Below, in pieces: positions 1 through 31,055 of a DNA stretch of 64,000 nt (its first letter is position 1; the number at the start of each line of letters is the position of its first letter). Below the pieces are notes generated by a model. It was not told the DNA's origin. It saw nothing but the letters and a program-made list of their open reading frames with translations, and did not search any database. A program made the translations under genes and the position numbers. Origin of the DNA: Hormiphora californensis (lineage: Eukaryota; Animalia; Ctenophora); contig CM035359.1 of NCBI GenBank assembly GCA_020137815.1, forward strand, positions 5,456,001 to 5,520,000, given 5' to 3'.

Positions 1-1
1 G

Positions 2-1807
<1,806 letters not shown>

Positions 1808-2285
1808 ACTGGAACTCTACACTTCCCGCAATATCATGCAACCCCCAACCACCCCTCTGGACAAGCCCGGACTCGTGTGTGTGTGTGTGGAATTTAACAA
1901 CTGAAAACACACATCATACGTCAATGTTAAAAGGACTGTCCGAAATATTAATTTGTGATCACAGAAAAATGGGTGCCCGTCTCATCCACGGGTGTCATTC
2001 GACCAAAATTCTTAGACCACCACAAAATATTGTGTTTTGAACTGTTTCTAAACAGGAAAACAATCAATCCATCATGACTCATTCACGACCAAATAGATAT
2101 GTAAACAACTCTCGATTGAACGGGGCCGGGGGAAGGCCAAGGGGGTCTAACCCGGTTAATCGAGGTTTGACTGTAAGGTGGCACTTGGTAGTTTCTTAGG
2201 AGTGCTCATTGAGCTTCATGCCACGTGGTCAAGTGGGAACCAAGGGTGGAGTAATAAACATCGATCTACACAGCCGGCCCCGATA

Positions 2286-2529
2286 GACAACTTCGTTTTA
2301 GGACAGGTGCTGGAATCAAGTACTGGTCACGTGACACTATATTGAGGAAATATAGATCCCTTGGCCTTTCCGATTGTGTTGGGGAGGATACTGGGAGCTA
2401 AAGTTGCTGTATCCAGGTATCCCAGCTCGCCCATTTTCTCGATACAGCGGCACTGGATCTGAAATGAAAACTGATCTCTTTTGATTGACAGGATCATATG
2501 ATCACATCACCCTCTCATACCAAGATCTA
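2286..2529 (+). pseudogene. decayed partial copy of beta-tubulin exon 2
   Basis: Collinear blocks (gacaacttcgt, ggtgctgg, ccagct, ggcactggatc, gacaggatcat) match about 504-770, with indels and stops. Confidence 0.65.
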
Positions 2530-3105
2530 TTATACCTCGAGGGATTTGCAGAGCAAGTAAATTGGTATAGTTAATAGTAGAAACGAATTTCCATGCGGAA
2601 TTCATCACGTAGCCCGCCGTGCAGAAATCCATTCATCATCCCAACCATGAAAAAGGCATGCTATCAGATTCAGTTTTTTGGAACGTGTGGGAGAGAGGGT
2701 CCAGAAATCTATAATAATTCTTTTTGAACGCATGTCAAGACAGGTAACTTTTGATAAAGTTAATTGAAGTTTGTGGACAAGTTCACAAATTTAATTTGAC
2801 CTAATTCTTATGATTTCTATGTCCAACAAAACCGGTTATTCAATTTCTTCTCAAATAGTTGGCTGTCTAAGTTTGTCCAAAAACTTACTTTCAATTAATT
2901 GAGACTACTATCGTCAAGCACATAGATACAACACATGAACTTTATAAATCAAACTAGGATAAAATAACATGCCACACTCAATATATATATCCAGCAGCAT
3001 TACAATAAAAATACCAGGAAAGGCCATAAACAATGTTGGTTACCAAGACAACATGCAAACAATATGGGATGTGATCTTAGGTATAATTATACCCCGTTTA
3101 GCGCC

Positions 3106-6023
3106 TCACAATGCGTGCGTGAATATTGAGTTGCTATGATTGCCTGGTACAACGCCAGGTAATTGTATATTGCCCCCTCGTGGAGGATGGTGGTGGTGGT
3201 GGTTATCAGGTGCAAACCGGGCCGTACCCTCCGCCCCGTGTTTAGTGCTCCCATCCAGGGAATTAAACCTACTCTGTTTCATTTCAGCAGTCCGTTCCTC
3301 GCTCAAGAGTCTCCCCCGCATCGGCCGTAGCTCCACTCTACACTGCGAGCTTTCCTCGCTGTTGACTGTCTCTGATGAACTGAGGTGATTAGCCCCTCCC
3401 CGGACTGGGGAGGGGTTGAGCGGGTTGAGGGGAGTTTTATCCCGGAGGTTTTCCTCAATTGTCTTGTTCATTTGATCGCTGAACATGCTGAACATGAAGG
3501 AGAATGAGCCGATTAGAACTACTTGGATTAGGAAGGCTATTATCGTCTTGATGACCATCGTGTGTCCTGAACTGTCGTACAGATAGAGATCTCCGAATCC
3601 TGCAGGAGGGGTTCATTTTGAGTAAATTGCTTCATGGATATTAACTAATTGACTCATATAATGCCAAGCTTGTGGACAGCAAGTGAGAGAGGTCGAGGGG
3701 GGTACCTTATCACTGCTGGTGATGAGTACCTCAGGAGGAGTTGGGAGAGAGTCAGAGTGTTCGAGAAGGTGGCAGGGAAATTGGTGACATAGACACCTGG
3801 CGCGACCGAGATTGAGCTTACACAGAGCGGGGGTCGCGCCAGGTTTCTATGTCACCAAGCAGGGAAAGTGGTTCATAGGACAGGGGAAGCGCATTTAATT
3901 GTGAGATAGTTAGCCAAGAACTCGGTTAAGATGTGTGCTGCTAAGAGCCCAGTGGCATAAAAGTTCAAATCTTCCAATCCGGTTTGGACCGGCAGAGTTA
4001 TAAAACCGGCAGGGAACCAAATGTAATTTTTAACAATTTTTTCGAATTCTCAGTTCAAATAGCTTTCACACACTTTATGTAAGCGGCGAGACCTTTAAAA
4101 TAGGGTTCCTGGCGCTAAAAAAAACGCGCAATGGCAACGCGAGTAAAAACGACATTGAAATAGTTAATTTTGATCAAAGAAGATACTGTAGTCGAGAGAT
4201 ATAGATTGAAATATGTTATATTTTGGTGAAGGCTACGATCTGAGCAGTAATGATTCACTTCGAAAGCTTATAGTTTCGTTTGATTTTTTTGCGATTTTGA
4301 TTTTTTTCGCAATTATGTAATTAGTTACACAGGATAAATATCGGATAAGTGTTTATGAGCCGCATGATAATAGCTTGGTCAACAGGGACAAATAAAACAC
4401 CGTAATTTCATTTGTCCCTGTTGACCAAGCCGGAAGGAGATACCATCTCTTCAAACTATTATGTAATTAGTTCTTCAGGAAATTATTTAAGTGTTTCTTT
4501 TTCAGTCTTACCTACACAGCCGACGCTGATAAAAATATAGTAGCAGCTAACAAACGGCGTCCAAACATCCTCATTTCCAATCTAAAACACAGTACGTGTC
4601 AGTATATCGTGCCCGGAAATCAATCAACTCTTTAAACCTTTTTTGGTATTTATAACCGATTAAACCGAACATGATCTCTCACAGAACGTCAGAACAAGAA
4701 TAGTTAAATAGTAATTAGTTAGTAATATGATTGTACCCACAATGTAAAGTGAAGATAAATCTGTAGAGTTAGGTTCGTATAAGTGTGTAGAATCCTCAAC
4801 CTCTTCTTCAAATATCTCTTGTTCCAAATGAACCAACATCGCTGCAAGGGATATATAATCAGTAACAGACAAAATTTTGTCATGATCAATCATTTAAAAT
4901 CCATTCTTGGCGATTTCCTATCAATTATTTGATTAATAATTAAATTTAATTTTCATGATTACTTACAAACTAGGAAAATAACGAAGACCAACCCGATGGA
5001 TACCATGGCCATGAACACTTTCAAAATAAGGTCTCTCGATAGTCGATTGTACATTAGGCAAAGCTTCTCAACCACCATTGTTAACAAATCGTCCACATAA
5101 CCTGTGGAAGTTGGGGGTAACCATGGTAACGATGTTAGGTGGTAACCATGTTAAGCAGTAAGCTAGGCCTAGGGAAACTTATGTTAACGGGCAACCATCC
5201 AAGTCCAACAAGTAACTCATTTTGAGGGCGCTGATGGCATGGATTGTTGCTATAGTAATACTGGCAAGTGCAGCGTATAACTCACCTAAAACGTGCAGGA
5301 AGAGTGGTATTCCAACTATGGCATAAAGAATGCACACAATCTTGGCCTTCTTAACGGTGGGATAGTAAACCCCGTACCCAATTGTAGTTATCACAGTTTG
5401 GGCAAAGTTGAACGAATGGTGGAAGCTCCACTCAGTTGACTTTTGTAGAGTACATTTGACTGACGAGTAGTTGGTTAGGTGAGCCACGTACTTGTCAATT
5501 AGGTCATCCACATTTCCTGTTGATCGGCCTGCGAGGTTGCCATGGTTACACATTAGATGTTTCCATGGTTACACTTACATGTGTTGCTAACGCCCCCCCC
5601 CCCCCTAGACTAGCAGAAAAGACAGGCTAAATCCAAGCGGAAAAGGGGTATACTACTACCTGTTGTGTTGCGCACATGGGTTTCTATTCGTTCTAGTAGT
5701 AGCTCTTTGTCGTCCCATAGTTGCAACCCTGCGGATTCCTCCGCGTAACCTAGTGCAGGGTCAAGGTATTGAGTACAAATGATATATATCAGGCATCACA
5801 CTGACCCTTTTATCGCTCGCTTCGCGCCTCGGCCCTTTTTTCAAACTTATTAAAAAGATCTAACTTGCTAATTTTAGTGCATGTATACCTTCGATTCCCA
5901 TAAAAACCAGTGTGGCGATTAAAATAAATCCAATGTTAGCGGACAGGAGAAAGATGGCTCGTTTTAGCGTTGTCGCCCATGACGGTCCAGTACCGAGGAG
6001 CCTATCCTGGGTCTTTTGGATTA
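3106..6023 (-). CDS. two-pore-domain (K2P/KCNK-type) potassium channel; exons 6023-5889, 5749-5660, 5528-5286, 5101-4967, 4841-4741, 4581-4512, 3599-3106; 5' exon not located
   Basis: M1 (FILIATLVFMGIE), cap, P1 WSFHHSFNFAQTVITTIGYG, M2 CILYAIVGIPLF, P2 CYYIFISVGCV|GFGDLY, M4; phases are consistent across GT-AG introns. Confidence 0.88.
3781..3858. mobile_element. 78-bp MITE, TTGGT...ACCAA termini, 9-bp TSD GCAGGGAAA
   Basis: ttggtgacatagacacctggcgcgacc / ggtcgcgccaggtttctatgtcaccaa; identical 9-mer at 3772-3780 and 3859-3867. Confidence 0.8.
4373..4430. repeat. short inverted repeat (21-bp arms) in a K2P intron
   Basis: gcttggtcaacagggacaaat ... atttgtccctgttgaccaagc; no TSD seen. Confidence 0.8.
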
Positions 6024-6689
6024 CTGAAAATACAATGCAACATAGCATCTATACCACAGTAAACACCAAGCTAGATATGGGAAGGGTTTGCAGTAAGCTG
6101 GGAATAACAAGGAACTAGGAAGAGGTTTGAGGGGGATTAAATAGTTGTGAAATTAGTTGCCTACTATATCTAACTTTTATCTAGGTAGTAGGTATACACG
6201 TAATCCTGAAGTCAAATTTTATACTGTATCATCGGATAATGAACTGAAATGAATTAAATCATGGTAATGTAACTAGATGTATTAAAACATAATGATTGTG
6301 ATGTTACTATATATGGCGTTACTATGCGATATTATATACTTCAAATTAAAGTTTATAGCACATAGTAGCTTTAAGGCGTCACTATAACTAAGTCAAAACA
6401 AGCTTTTGCGGTAATTTTATTATAGGTTTCTAAAAATTCTGTAGGAGCAAAGGACCCAGCGCTAACATCTTTCATGCGAGAGCCTTTATTATTATATGTG
6501 TAACGTGTGTATGTGTATTGCATGCTTGTGAGGATTGAATGGGGGATAATGGGTCGTTATATATATTGCTTGAATCCTAACCCATTATCATTGGGTCGTT
6601 ATCTGCAGAATTATATAGACTATAAGAATGCCATTGTTATTATTAGAACCTCTGTCGGGCTACTTGTTTATCTATATATGGAATGGATT

Positions 6690-6940
6690 GTTATAACCTG
6701 TCAGGCCAATGCTCTGACCACAGTTCTCGCGCTTGAGAGACATGAGAATAGGGTCAGGCCAATGCTCTGACCACAGTTCTCGCGCTTGAGAGAAATGAGA
6801 ATGGGGTCAGGCCAATGCTCTGACCACAGTTCTCGCGCTTGAGAGAAATGAGAATGGGGTCAGGCCAATGCTCTGACCACAGTTCTCGCGCTTGAGAGAA
6901 ATGAGAATGGGGTCAGGCCAATGCTCTGACAGGTTATAAC
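6690..6940. repeat. 53-bp tandem repeat (about 4.3 copies) bounded by 15-bp inverted ends
   Basis: Units start at 6700, 6753, 6806, 6859 and 6912; ends gttataacctgtcag / ctgacaggttataac. Confidence 0.9.
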
Positions 6941-8504
6941 TGGACATAGTCTGGGGCGCATGGAATGGATCGTTAACTGGTCATAAAACACCAACAAAGT
7001 CAGGGACACACAAAAATAAGAGCTATCAGAAGATACCATTTTTTCTTTAAAAAACGAAGATTTGATCAAGCAGTGGTATCATGCATGCAGTAATTGATTA
7101 CGTGGTCATATCAAGATCGTGAGAGTAGAGTGGTCATATCGTGAGAGTATAGAGTCTTCATATATCAGTATCTGCACATGCGTACAACAACACACGCTGC
7201 AGCACACTAATTACTCGTGTGCTGTGAGCAGGCAACCAAGAGATCGTGTGACGTTTACAAATTAGGAATTACGCTGACCTGCCAGACGATGGACAAATAT
7301 ATACTTCCACGAACCCAACTACTACTATACATGTCTGTGTCTGTGGTGTGATGGCAAATTTAATTGAGTCGTGACTAGTGATCTGACTTCTCGATCAGCA
7401 GCCACAAACGATCCGACAAATGAGACGTAATAGAGGCCTTAAATTCTTCTGGCTGAAATCCTGACAAATCTCAAGATTCCAACAATTCTGGGTGTCTTGA
7501 GATTAGGCCGAAGTATGATTATGGCTGGCCGATACCTAGCTTTTCAGCGGCAGACAAATACAGGTCCATTTAAAACCTAAAAGACTCAAAATTTTACTTA
7601 TCTAGGATCGTTCGATTCTCTGGAGCGTTTGAGGCTATATGCTTTGTACTGCGATCCACAAAATATGTAAAGGAGGGTAATAGAGCATAACAAGTAGCAC
7701 TCCAGTCCTAGCACAAGTAATGCATACTGACAAGTGACAATATAAGTTAGGAAGCCTGTTCAATATAAATAAGTGTAGACACTTCACAATAATTAAATCT
7801 GTAATAAATTGAATATCTAATAGAGCCTTTGTCCCACTTGGTACAGCTGGTCAATGACCAGTGGTCATCCCTGTTGCCTTCGCCCCTCAATCTACCCCGA
7901 TGCCCCCATAAGCTAGAAAACTTCAAAGTTATAAAGTCGAATTTTTTCCCTGCCCGGGTGAATGCCGAAGGCATTCACCCGGATGCCTTTTTACTTTGTA
8001 AAAAGGCATAGCAGGGTTAGAATTCGAAAACGACATTTTGGTATACTAACTAATCGGTAGAGGGACATTTTTTGGTCACACTTTCGTTGCGAGGGCAACG
8101 GTGTAGCAACTAGAGCCGTGCGCACAGTGACGAGCTACTCCTTCATCAAACACCTCATTGACACAGTTTGATGGACGTGTGTGCGCGCCCCACTCAACAA
8201 AACATGAAATGCTCTGCCGCGTGTTTCGCGTGTTACATACACATTTTCATCTTGCGAGTCGAGTGTGAGATGTTAGATAAGTAGTTAAGTTGGAATGTCA
8301 AAAGCTGGTTAGCAAGTGTCATGTGATTGGGAGTTAGCTAACTCTAATTAGCTATGTGAGAAGTATACTGACAGCTAGATCGTATGCATCTCACATTACA
8401 TTATTACCAAGCCTTGATCCTGTTGGCAGTGACAATGTCACTGACATGTGAAACGGTAGGGCAGGGAAACACAGCATTATGGATACATAATGCAATAATT
8501 CTTG

Positions 8505-8753
8505 TTAATCAAGGGACATGGGGCCGCACATTCAGAGAGGTCGCACGGCGTTGTATTTGCGCGTGATAGTCGACATCAAGTTCCTGGCAATCTTAAGACT
8601 TGAACCCAAAAGCGTTGGAAAGATAATTTTAAGACCTTTTCAATGCAACCAAGATCAAGTCTTTATCTTATCAGGAACAGGAGATATGAGCGAAAACGTT
8701 TAGCACGCGCAAAAAGACTTTCGTAAATGTGCGGCCCCCTGTCCCTTGATTAA
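8505..8753. mobile_element. non-autonomous TIR element with TTAA-containing ends
   Basis: ttaatcaagggacatggggccgcacatt ... aatgtgcggccccctgtcccttgattaa. Confidence 0.7.
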
Positions 8754-9245
8754 AAAATTCGACTATACTTGGCTAGGCCACTATTATACAGCAAGGCTAC
8801 TATAATACAAGGCAGTAATAGAAAGGAAGAATATCTATGGAAAACAATGGTATCACTTTAGGATCAGGAAGCGATTACCATGGCACATTGTGGAGACTGG
8901 AGAGGTAGGTACATTGCAAAGGGCCACACTAGGATGTGAAGAGATCACCAGTCTGCCTTCTTCTCTTCTCTCTCTCTCTCCTTTTCGCTTCTCTCTTTCT
9001 CTTCCTCTTCTTCCTCTTTTTTTCCCTCTGGTTTCTCCCTCCTTTTAATTGGGCCCGGGGGCCGCCCGTTAACGGGGCCCCGGGGCCCCAGCCGGGGGGG
9101 CCCCCCCCCCCCCGGGGGGGGCCCCCGGGGGTTTCCCCTCCCCTCCATCGGAACCTACCCCTTCAACTACCCCTAACTCAACTACCCCTCTCTAACTACA
9201 TGGATATAGTTCCTAGTAGGAGACTTCTGCAGAAGGTCTTTCAAG

Positions 9246-9354
9246 CAGGAACCGACCGAATCAGGAAATACTGGTCCCTGATTGGCTGATAACTAGTCAC
9301 GTGACCTAAATAACGAGTTCTGATTGGTTGTTTACTTGTTTCGGTCGATTCCTG
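9246..9354. mobile_element. hAT-type MITE (CAGG...CCTG ends, 8-bp TSD CTTTCAAG)
   Basis: caggaaccgaccgaa / ttcggtcgattcctg; identical 8-mer on both sides. Confidence 0.85.
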
Positions 9355-10526
9355 CTTTCAAGTCTCCTAGAACCCATCCCATTACTATGATTTATACGTA
9401 TAAAGTTATAAACTATCAATTTATATCAAAAAGGACATTGCATGGAACTTATCAAGTATAATAATTCACGCTTGCACTGTTATTTAATTGTTCACTTGTA
9501 TAAATTACAGGACCTCACGTGCTAATTGCAGCTGAAAACGTGATCGGTCTAGCAGAAAAAGTTGAATTTAAAATTAATGCAGTAGTGGCCGGTGGAACAG
9601 ATCACAAATATATAGATAGTGAAACAATACAAGCTGTGAAGCTGCGCTGTGTAATAGCTTAATCTGGAGATCGTGGGAAATTGATATGAGTTGTGAGCAC
9701 TGAGCATCATTTCACGAAAACATAAGCTAGAGCTGCATGAGTTTTGTGTGTCTCGCATGGTGAGATAAGAGTGTCGGATAACTGATTGTCAACATATATG
9801 TCACGTTCAACAGTATTTAAAATAATCAATAAGTTGACCAATTGGATATTATTGAGTTGCATAGTTACTGATATAATGAAGAGTGTTATAAACAACTATT
9901 ATTGTATCCTGTAAATTTACAAAACTCTAAACATGTGAACGATATCATAATGAACATTACAGATAAGGAGGATAAGACGGAAGTGAGACAAGATATATCT
10001 CTCTCTCGATACTGATATAACAAAACTTGATCTCCGTATGAGCATGGAACAGTGTAATGAAGTGAATTGTAATCACGGTTATGATTCAATCCCAACTCGA
10101 TTATGGTCGATATTGTAGCTCTAATTTCAGTGCAATTTCAGTATGTATCATGGTCCCTATCAACACAAAATGTTCCTAGATATAGACCGGTAGAACTTAT
10201 GAAAGATGTATAAATCTATACCAATACAGAAATAAGAAACCATGTGGTCTACAAGCGCTTATATATTTATAATAGTGTCTGCTAATTCTCCACGTCTAGA
10301 ATTATACGTGTTTGTCTGTGAGTGTGTGTGTGTGTGCTGTGTGTTTGCAAGACGACCGACTTGCTTACAATCAGATCAGAAAGTGATACTTGATAGGGTT
10401 GAGACTAAAGACCTCAGAAATGAATCAAACTATCAAGTTCGATAGTTTCTTGAGAACTTTTATAAGCCGACTATCAGCGGGATGCCTGAGCACTCTCATA
10501 GCTCAAAGAGCGAAGCAATGCTTCTA

Positions 10527-10846
10527 ACGGTGTATAAGGTCCAAATGAGGCACGGAGTTTTTCTGAATCAGCTTTTCAAGACGAATCCAACGCAACCGGA
10601 ATTAGCTTTCTAACTTATCGGGAAGGTGTGGTTCACTTTTTTCATTTTTAGCCACGCGAGCCAATCAGAGGGCTGGATTTCGAAATTCTGGCCTCTGATT
10701 GGCTCGCACGGCAAAAATGACTAAAAATGAGCGTGTGTGAACCGAACCTTCCCGATAAGATAGAAAGCTAATTCCGGTTGCGTTGGATTCATCTTCAAAA
10801 GCTGATCCAGAAAAGCTCCGTGCCTCATTTGGACCTTATACACCGT
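10527..10846. mobile_element. foldback element / MITE of about 320 bp
   Basis: Long imperfect palindrome acggtgtataaggtccaaatgaggcacggag ... ctccgtgcctcatttggaccttatacaccgt centred near 10680. Confidence 0.85.
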
Positions 10847-13788
10847 AAGACACTTCGGAAGCATACGAGAAGGGTCGAAATAAAGCACGTGCGACGTCTG
10901 AAGTACTGCAGGGATGCCTGTATTCGTTGTGCTGCGTATGGACTCCATACTGTGGAGCCGCACGTGGCGCACACGATTACCTATAATAATAACAGTAGCA
11001 GTAGGTAATTAGCCACCCCCGAAGGGCGTGAACACGTGCCCAAAGCTTTTGGTATCTTATCCACTTGCGAAGAGTCTTTCTGACCCCTCGAATAGTTAGA
11101 TTATAACATATCCTTCTTTATTGCACGCTTGAGGGTGTGAACAATTAGCAACATACCATTTACTAAACGTTTTTGCTGAACGTTTTTTACTGAGAAGAAG
11201 ACCAGTTGAAAACAATGCAAACATTATGCCAGCTAAAAGTAGAAAGCTAACTAACTTTTGGCCTTTCAATGTCGTGGAAACTTGATAAAAGATTTATTAA
11301 AGGCTTCTTTTAATCTCTAGTTCACGGATTACCATGGTTTTTCCATGTTCACAATGCTTAATGTAGGAAATAAAGACAGTGAGGTAGGGAAGCCTCAAAA
11401 CCCCCTAATTATTGTGGCCGGGGGTTAATTCCAATATAATAGAATATCGCAAAAAACATCAGAACTTAAAGGGGGTTTTTGAGAGGAAAGGCCCGTTAAG
11501 TAAAAAAACAATGGTTCTTGAATATATCACTTAAGTTTAAGCGTTAAGTTAAACGGAAATGAATGCTATGAGACCACTTTGGAAACCATTTTTACTATGA
11601 CTTAAAAAATTTGGCTTTTTTCACCGGGTTAAGAACCAAAGAACATCCACAAACCCCCTTTAGAGGGGAATTACCAGCACATTTTTCAGTGATTTCAAAA
11701 ACTGTTAGCACGGGAAGGTTTCATGAACAGTATTTTGACTACCGTTTACTCCCATGGATTTTAAAGAACTGCAACAAAAGTCGAAAAAATTTCTAGAAAT
11801 GTGTTAGAAATTTGAAAATTTTCGATTAGTTTGGTAAGAAATTAAAACTATCATACAAAATAAGTGGACAAGAGAAGTGATGATAAACTAATCATGAAAC
11901 AAGGGCTGGCGCGGGTAGTTATTCGCTCCATAATAGTATTATAGGCATATTAGAATATATTCAGGAACTTTATCGATAATCAGACAAATGTGAAAAGTCT
12001 TTCCCATGGGCGCGATTCTAAATGTTACGGGAAATAGCAATTCGGTGTACTTTTAAGAATTAGAGAGCCGGGGGGCTAAGGAGAGAGTAAGAGCCTAAAA
12101 AGAGCATGCATGGGGCATGCATACATAAATTTAGCGATATATATAATATGTAATATTGTAATAAAACTAGTACATAAATATACTCGGTATGCCCTAAGAG
12201 TGGGCATTGGACACTGGGCACTGGGTATATACCCTACACTCGCCTCTCACGAGTAAAACAGTTATACTGTGGGTGATGGGTCACACCATTATTTTATTTC
12301 TACTCTCTTACTATAGGGTACTGTAGAACTAGATCAATACAACAGGTAATAAGTGTTCATCTTTAGTCAGAAGATATTGATCGTGAGACACTTCTACGAA
12401 AAGTTAGTTAGAGCCGGACATTAAAAAGTAATTATAAAAGCCAGAACTTGTCACCGCATTGCCATGATATAGCTGAAGATGGCTTGAGATTGAAATGGTT
12501 TGATACAATGTAAAGTTTTGTGTGCGGTGAGACAGGGTCGAGCAAGCCCAAGGCAAAGTGTGTGTGTGATCTGTCTCATGTGCTAAGAATTGAGTATTGA
12601 ACGAGGTCTGCAACGCTGCCAAACTTACAGCGTGTCAGCAATGTATAAAATACATGATAACTAAAACATTTATATGAGGGTTTCACACATTAGTGAATGT
12701 GATAATGCTTTTGCATGTGAACATTAGGAAGCGGTATTATATTCCGATTCGGAAACATTCAGGAGAGAGGTTGGAAAACTTTTTGGCAAACCTCCAACTT
12801 CAGGGTTTATGTTATTTTTCCTGCATAAGTGCATAATACATAAATCAGAAAATGCAAGATTGGATTGTATCATTCCAGGGGTTAATTAATTAATTAACTG
12901 ATTTTGGGTAGAAACTTACAGTTATTGAGGATTAAACCGAGAACCATGTCGTCTCTTCAGCAGCTATAGCTCCTCCCTGTGGAATTTTTATCAACTATAC
13001 ATATGGCTAGCGGGGAAAGTAGTTGAGTTGTTAGATTGAGAATGCGGTGGACCACACCCCGGCCATCTTCTATTTTAAGTTCCTTCATTTTTATAATGAT
13101 CGCCATGGAAATTCTTGGCGGGGGCAAGAACATATGCCCAAAAATACCATAAATGGACTTAAAATGAGACGGGGTTTCTATCATATTATATCGTGATGTT
13201 TCTCTCTCTCTCTCTCTCTCTCTCTCAACCTACTTTAACTGTGGTCACCCACGAAGACGATGCGCTTGTGTGTTGTCGCATGCAGCTTGACCAGTGACCA
13301 CCCATTGCGGGTATACCAAAAAAGGGCAAAACAGGGATCGAGAGAGAGAGAGAGAGAGAGGTTTGAGAGGTTTGAGAAAAGGGGAGGGGTTGTGAGGGTA
13401 GTTTACTCTTAACATTTTTCTAGTTGTCGTATGCAGTGCATTATATATTGTTGTTCACTGTATGTATTTGGTCTTTGTTACTTGATATATAAGCGTTGTG
13501 CTGTAATAAATATAACTTGGCACCGTATACTAACCTGTTTTTAGTCGTCAAATATTGCTTAGAAAATAGAAACACAGCTGATAGGAATCAGATATTAACG
13601 AATGCACGACAGCTTTATAGCGAATCCGGGACTTGTCACACGTTGACATAGTTTATTTAAAGAACTTGACTCATACAATTCACTGTCACATCCTCAATAA
13701 ATAGTTTTACGTTGTAGTTGATGTAAGTTCATAGTTGGTATTTGATTCCATGCTATACTAACCAGTTCTCCCCCCTACTGCAGATATA

Positions 13789-30265
<16,477 letters not shown>

Positions 30266-30377
30266 ACAATACCCCCCTGCTGCTGTACATGTAAGCTGCA
30301 CTTTTTTAACCACCCAGACACCAATAATTGGCGTCACTGCATTTGATAAAGTTAGCAGAGACTTACAAAGAATGGAT

Positions 30378-30526
30378 AACCAGTGGCAAACTGGTAACCA
30401 GTTGTAACCAGTGGTTACCAGTGATTACCAGTGGTAACCAGTTGTAACCAGTGATTACCAGTGATTACCAGTGGTAACCAGTTGTAACCAGTGGTAACCA
30501 GTGGTAACCAGTGGTAACCAGTGGTT
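30378..30526. repeat. 10-bp tandem repeat (ACCAGTGGTA variants) just 3' of the ETS stop
   Basis: Seen directly. Confidence 0.9.
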
Positions 30527-31055
30527 GCTAGCCATAGAGGGTTTGCTAGTCTAGCCGTCCGGTGTCGGGTGCTTTTTTAAAACTTGATATTGAGCTTAAT
30601 TTATCTTAATTTATTTCAAAATTCAGAAAGAATTTTCAGAGGGAAGGTTGTACCTAATTTTTAAACTTTTTAAAATCATTTCTGTTGGCTAAAAAAGAAA
30701 CGATTTTTGGTTTTGTAAGAAACGGAATACACAACAACAACAACAGATATTATATCGGTCATTTGCACTCATGACCATGTCGACAGGCGCTGAGTTTTGA
30801 GACAAACGGGTTTAGCGCCCATAGACAGGTAATGACCATACATCAACTCGGCCAGGCAGACCCAGATTTGGAATTATAACAGCCATATGATCTAAAACTC
30901 GACTGGCAAAATCTGATATAATCCCAGTCTTTGATATATCCCACGATCACAGATCGCTGGATTCATCGCAGAACTACGAGTTCATCAACACACATCCATC
31001 CTCACAGTACGTGACATCAAGATTCACCCCCATGACACGTGTCATGTTTGTGGCA

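Noticed and set aside
8936-9289. Pro/Gly-rich ORFs and G-quadruplex-like runs
   Set aside because: Homopolymer-inflated low-quality sequence running into a MITE
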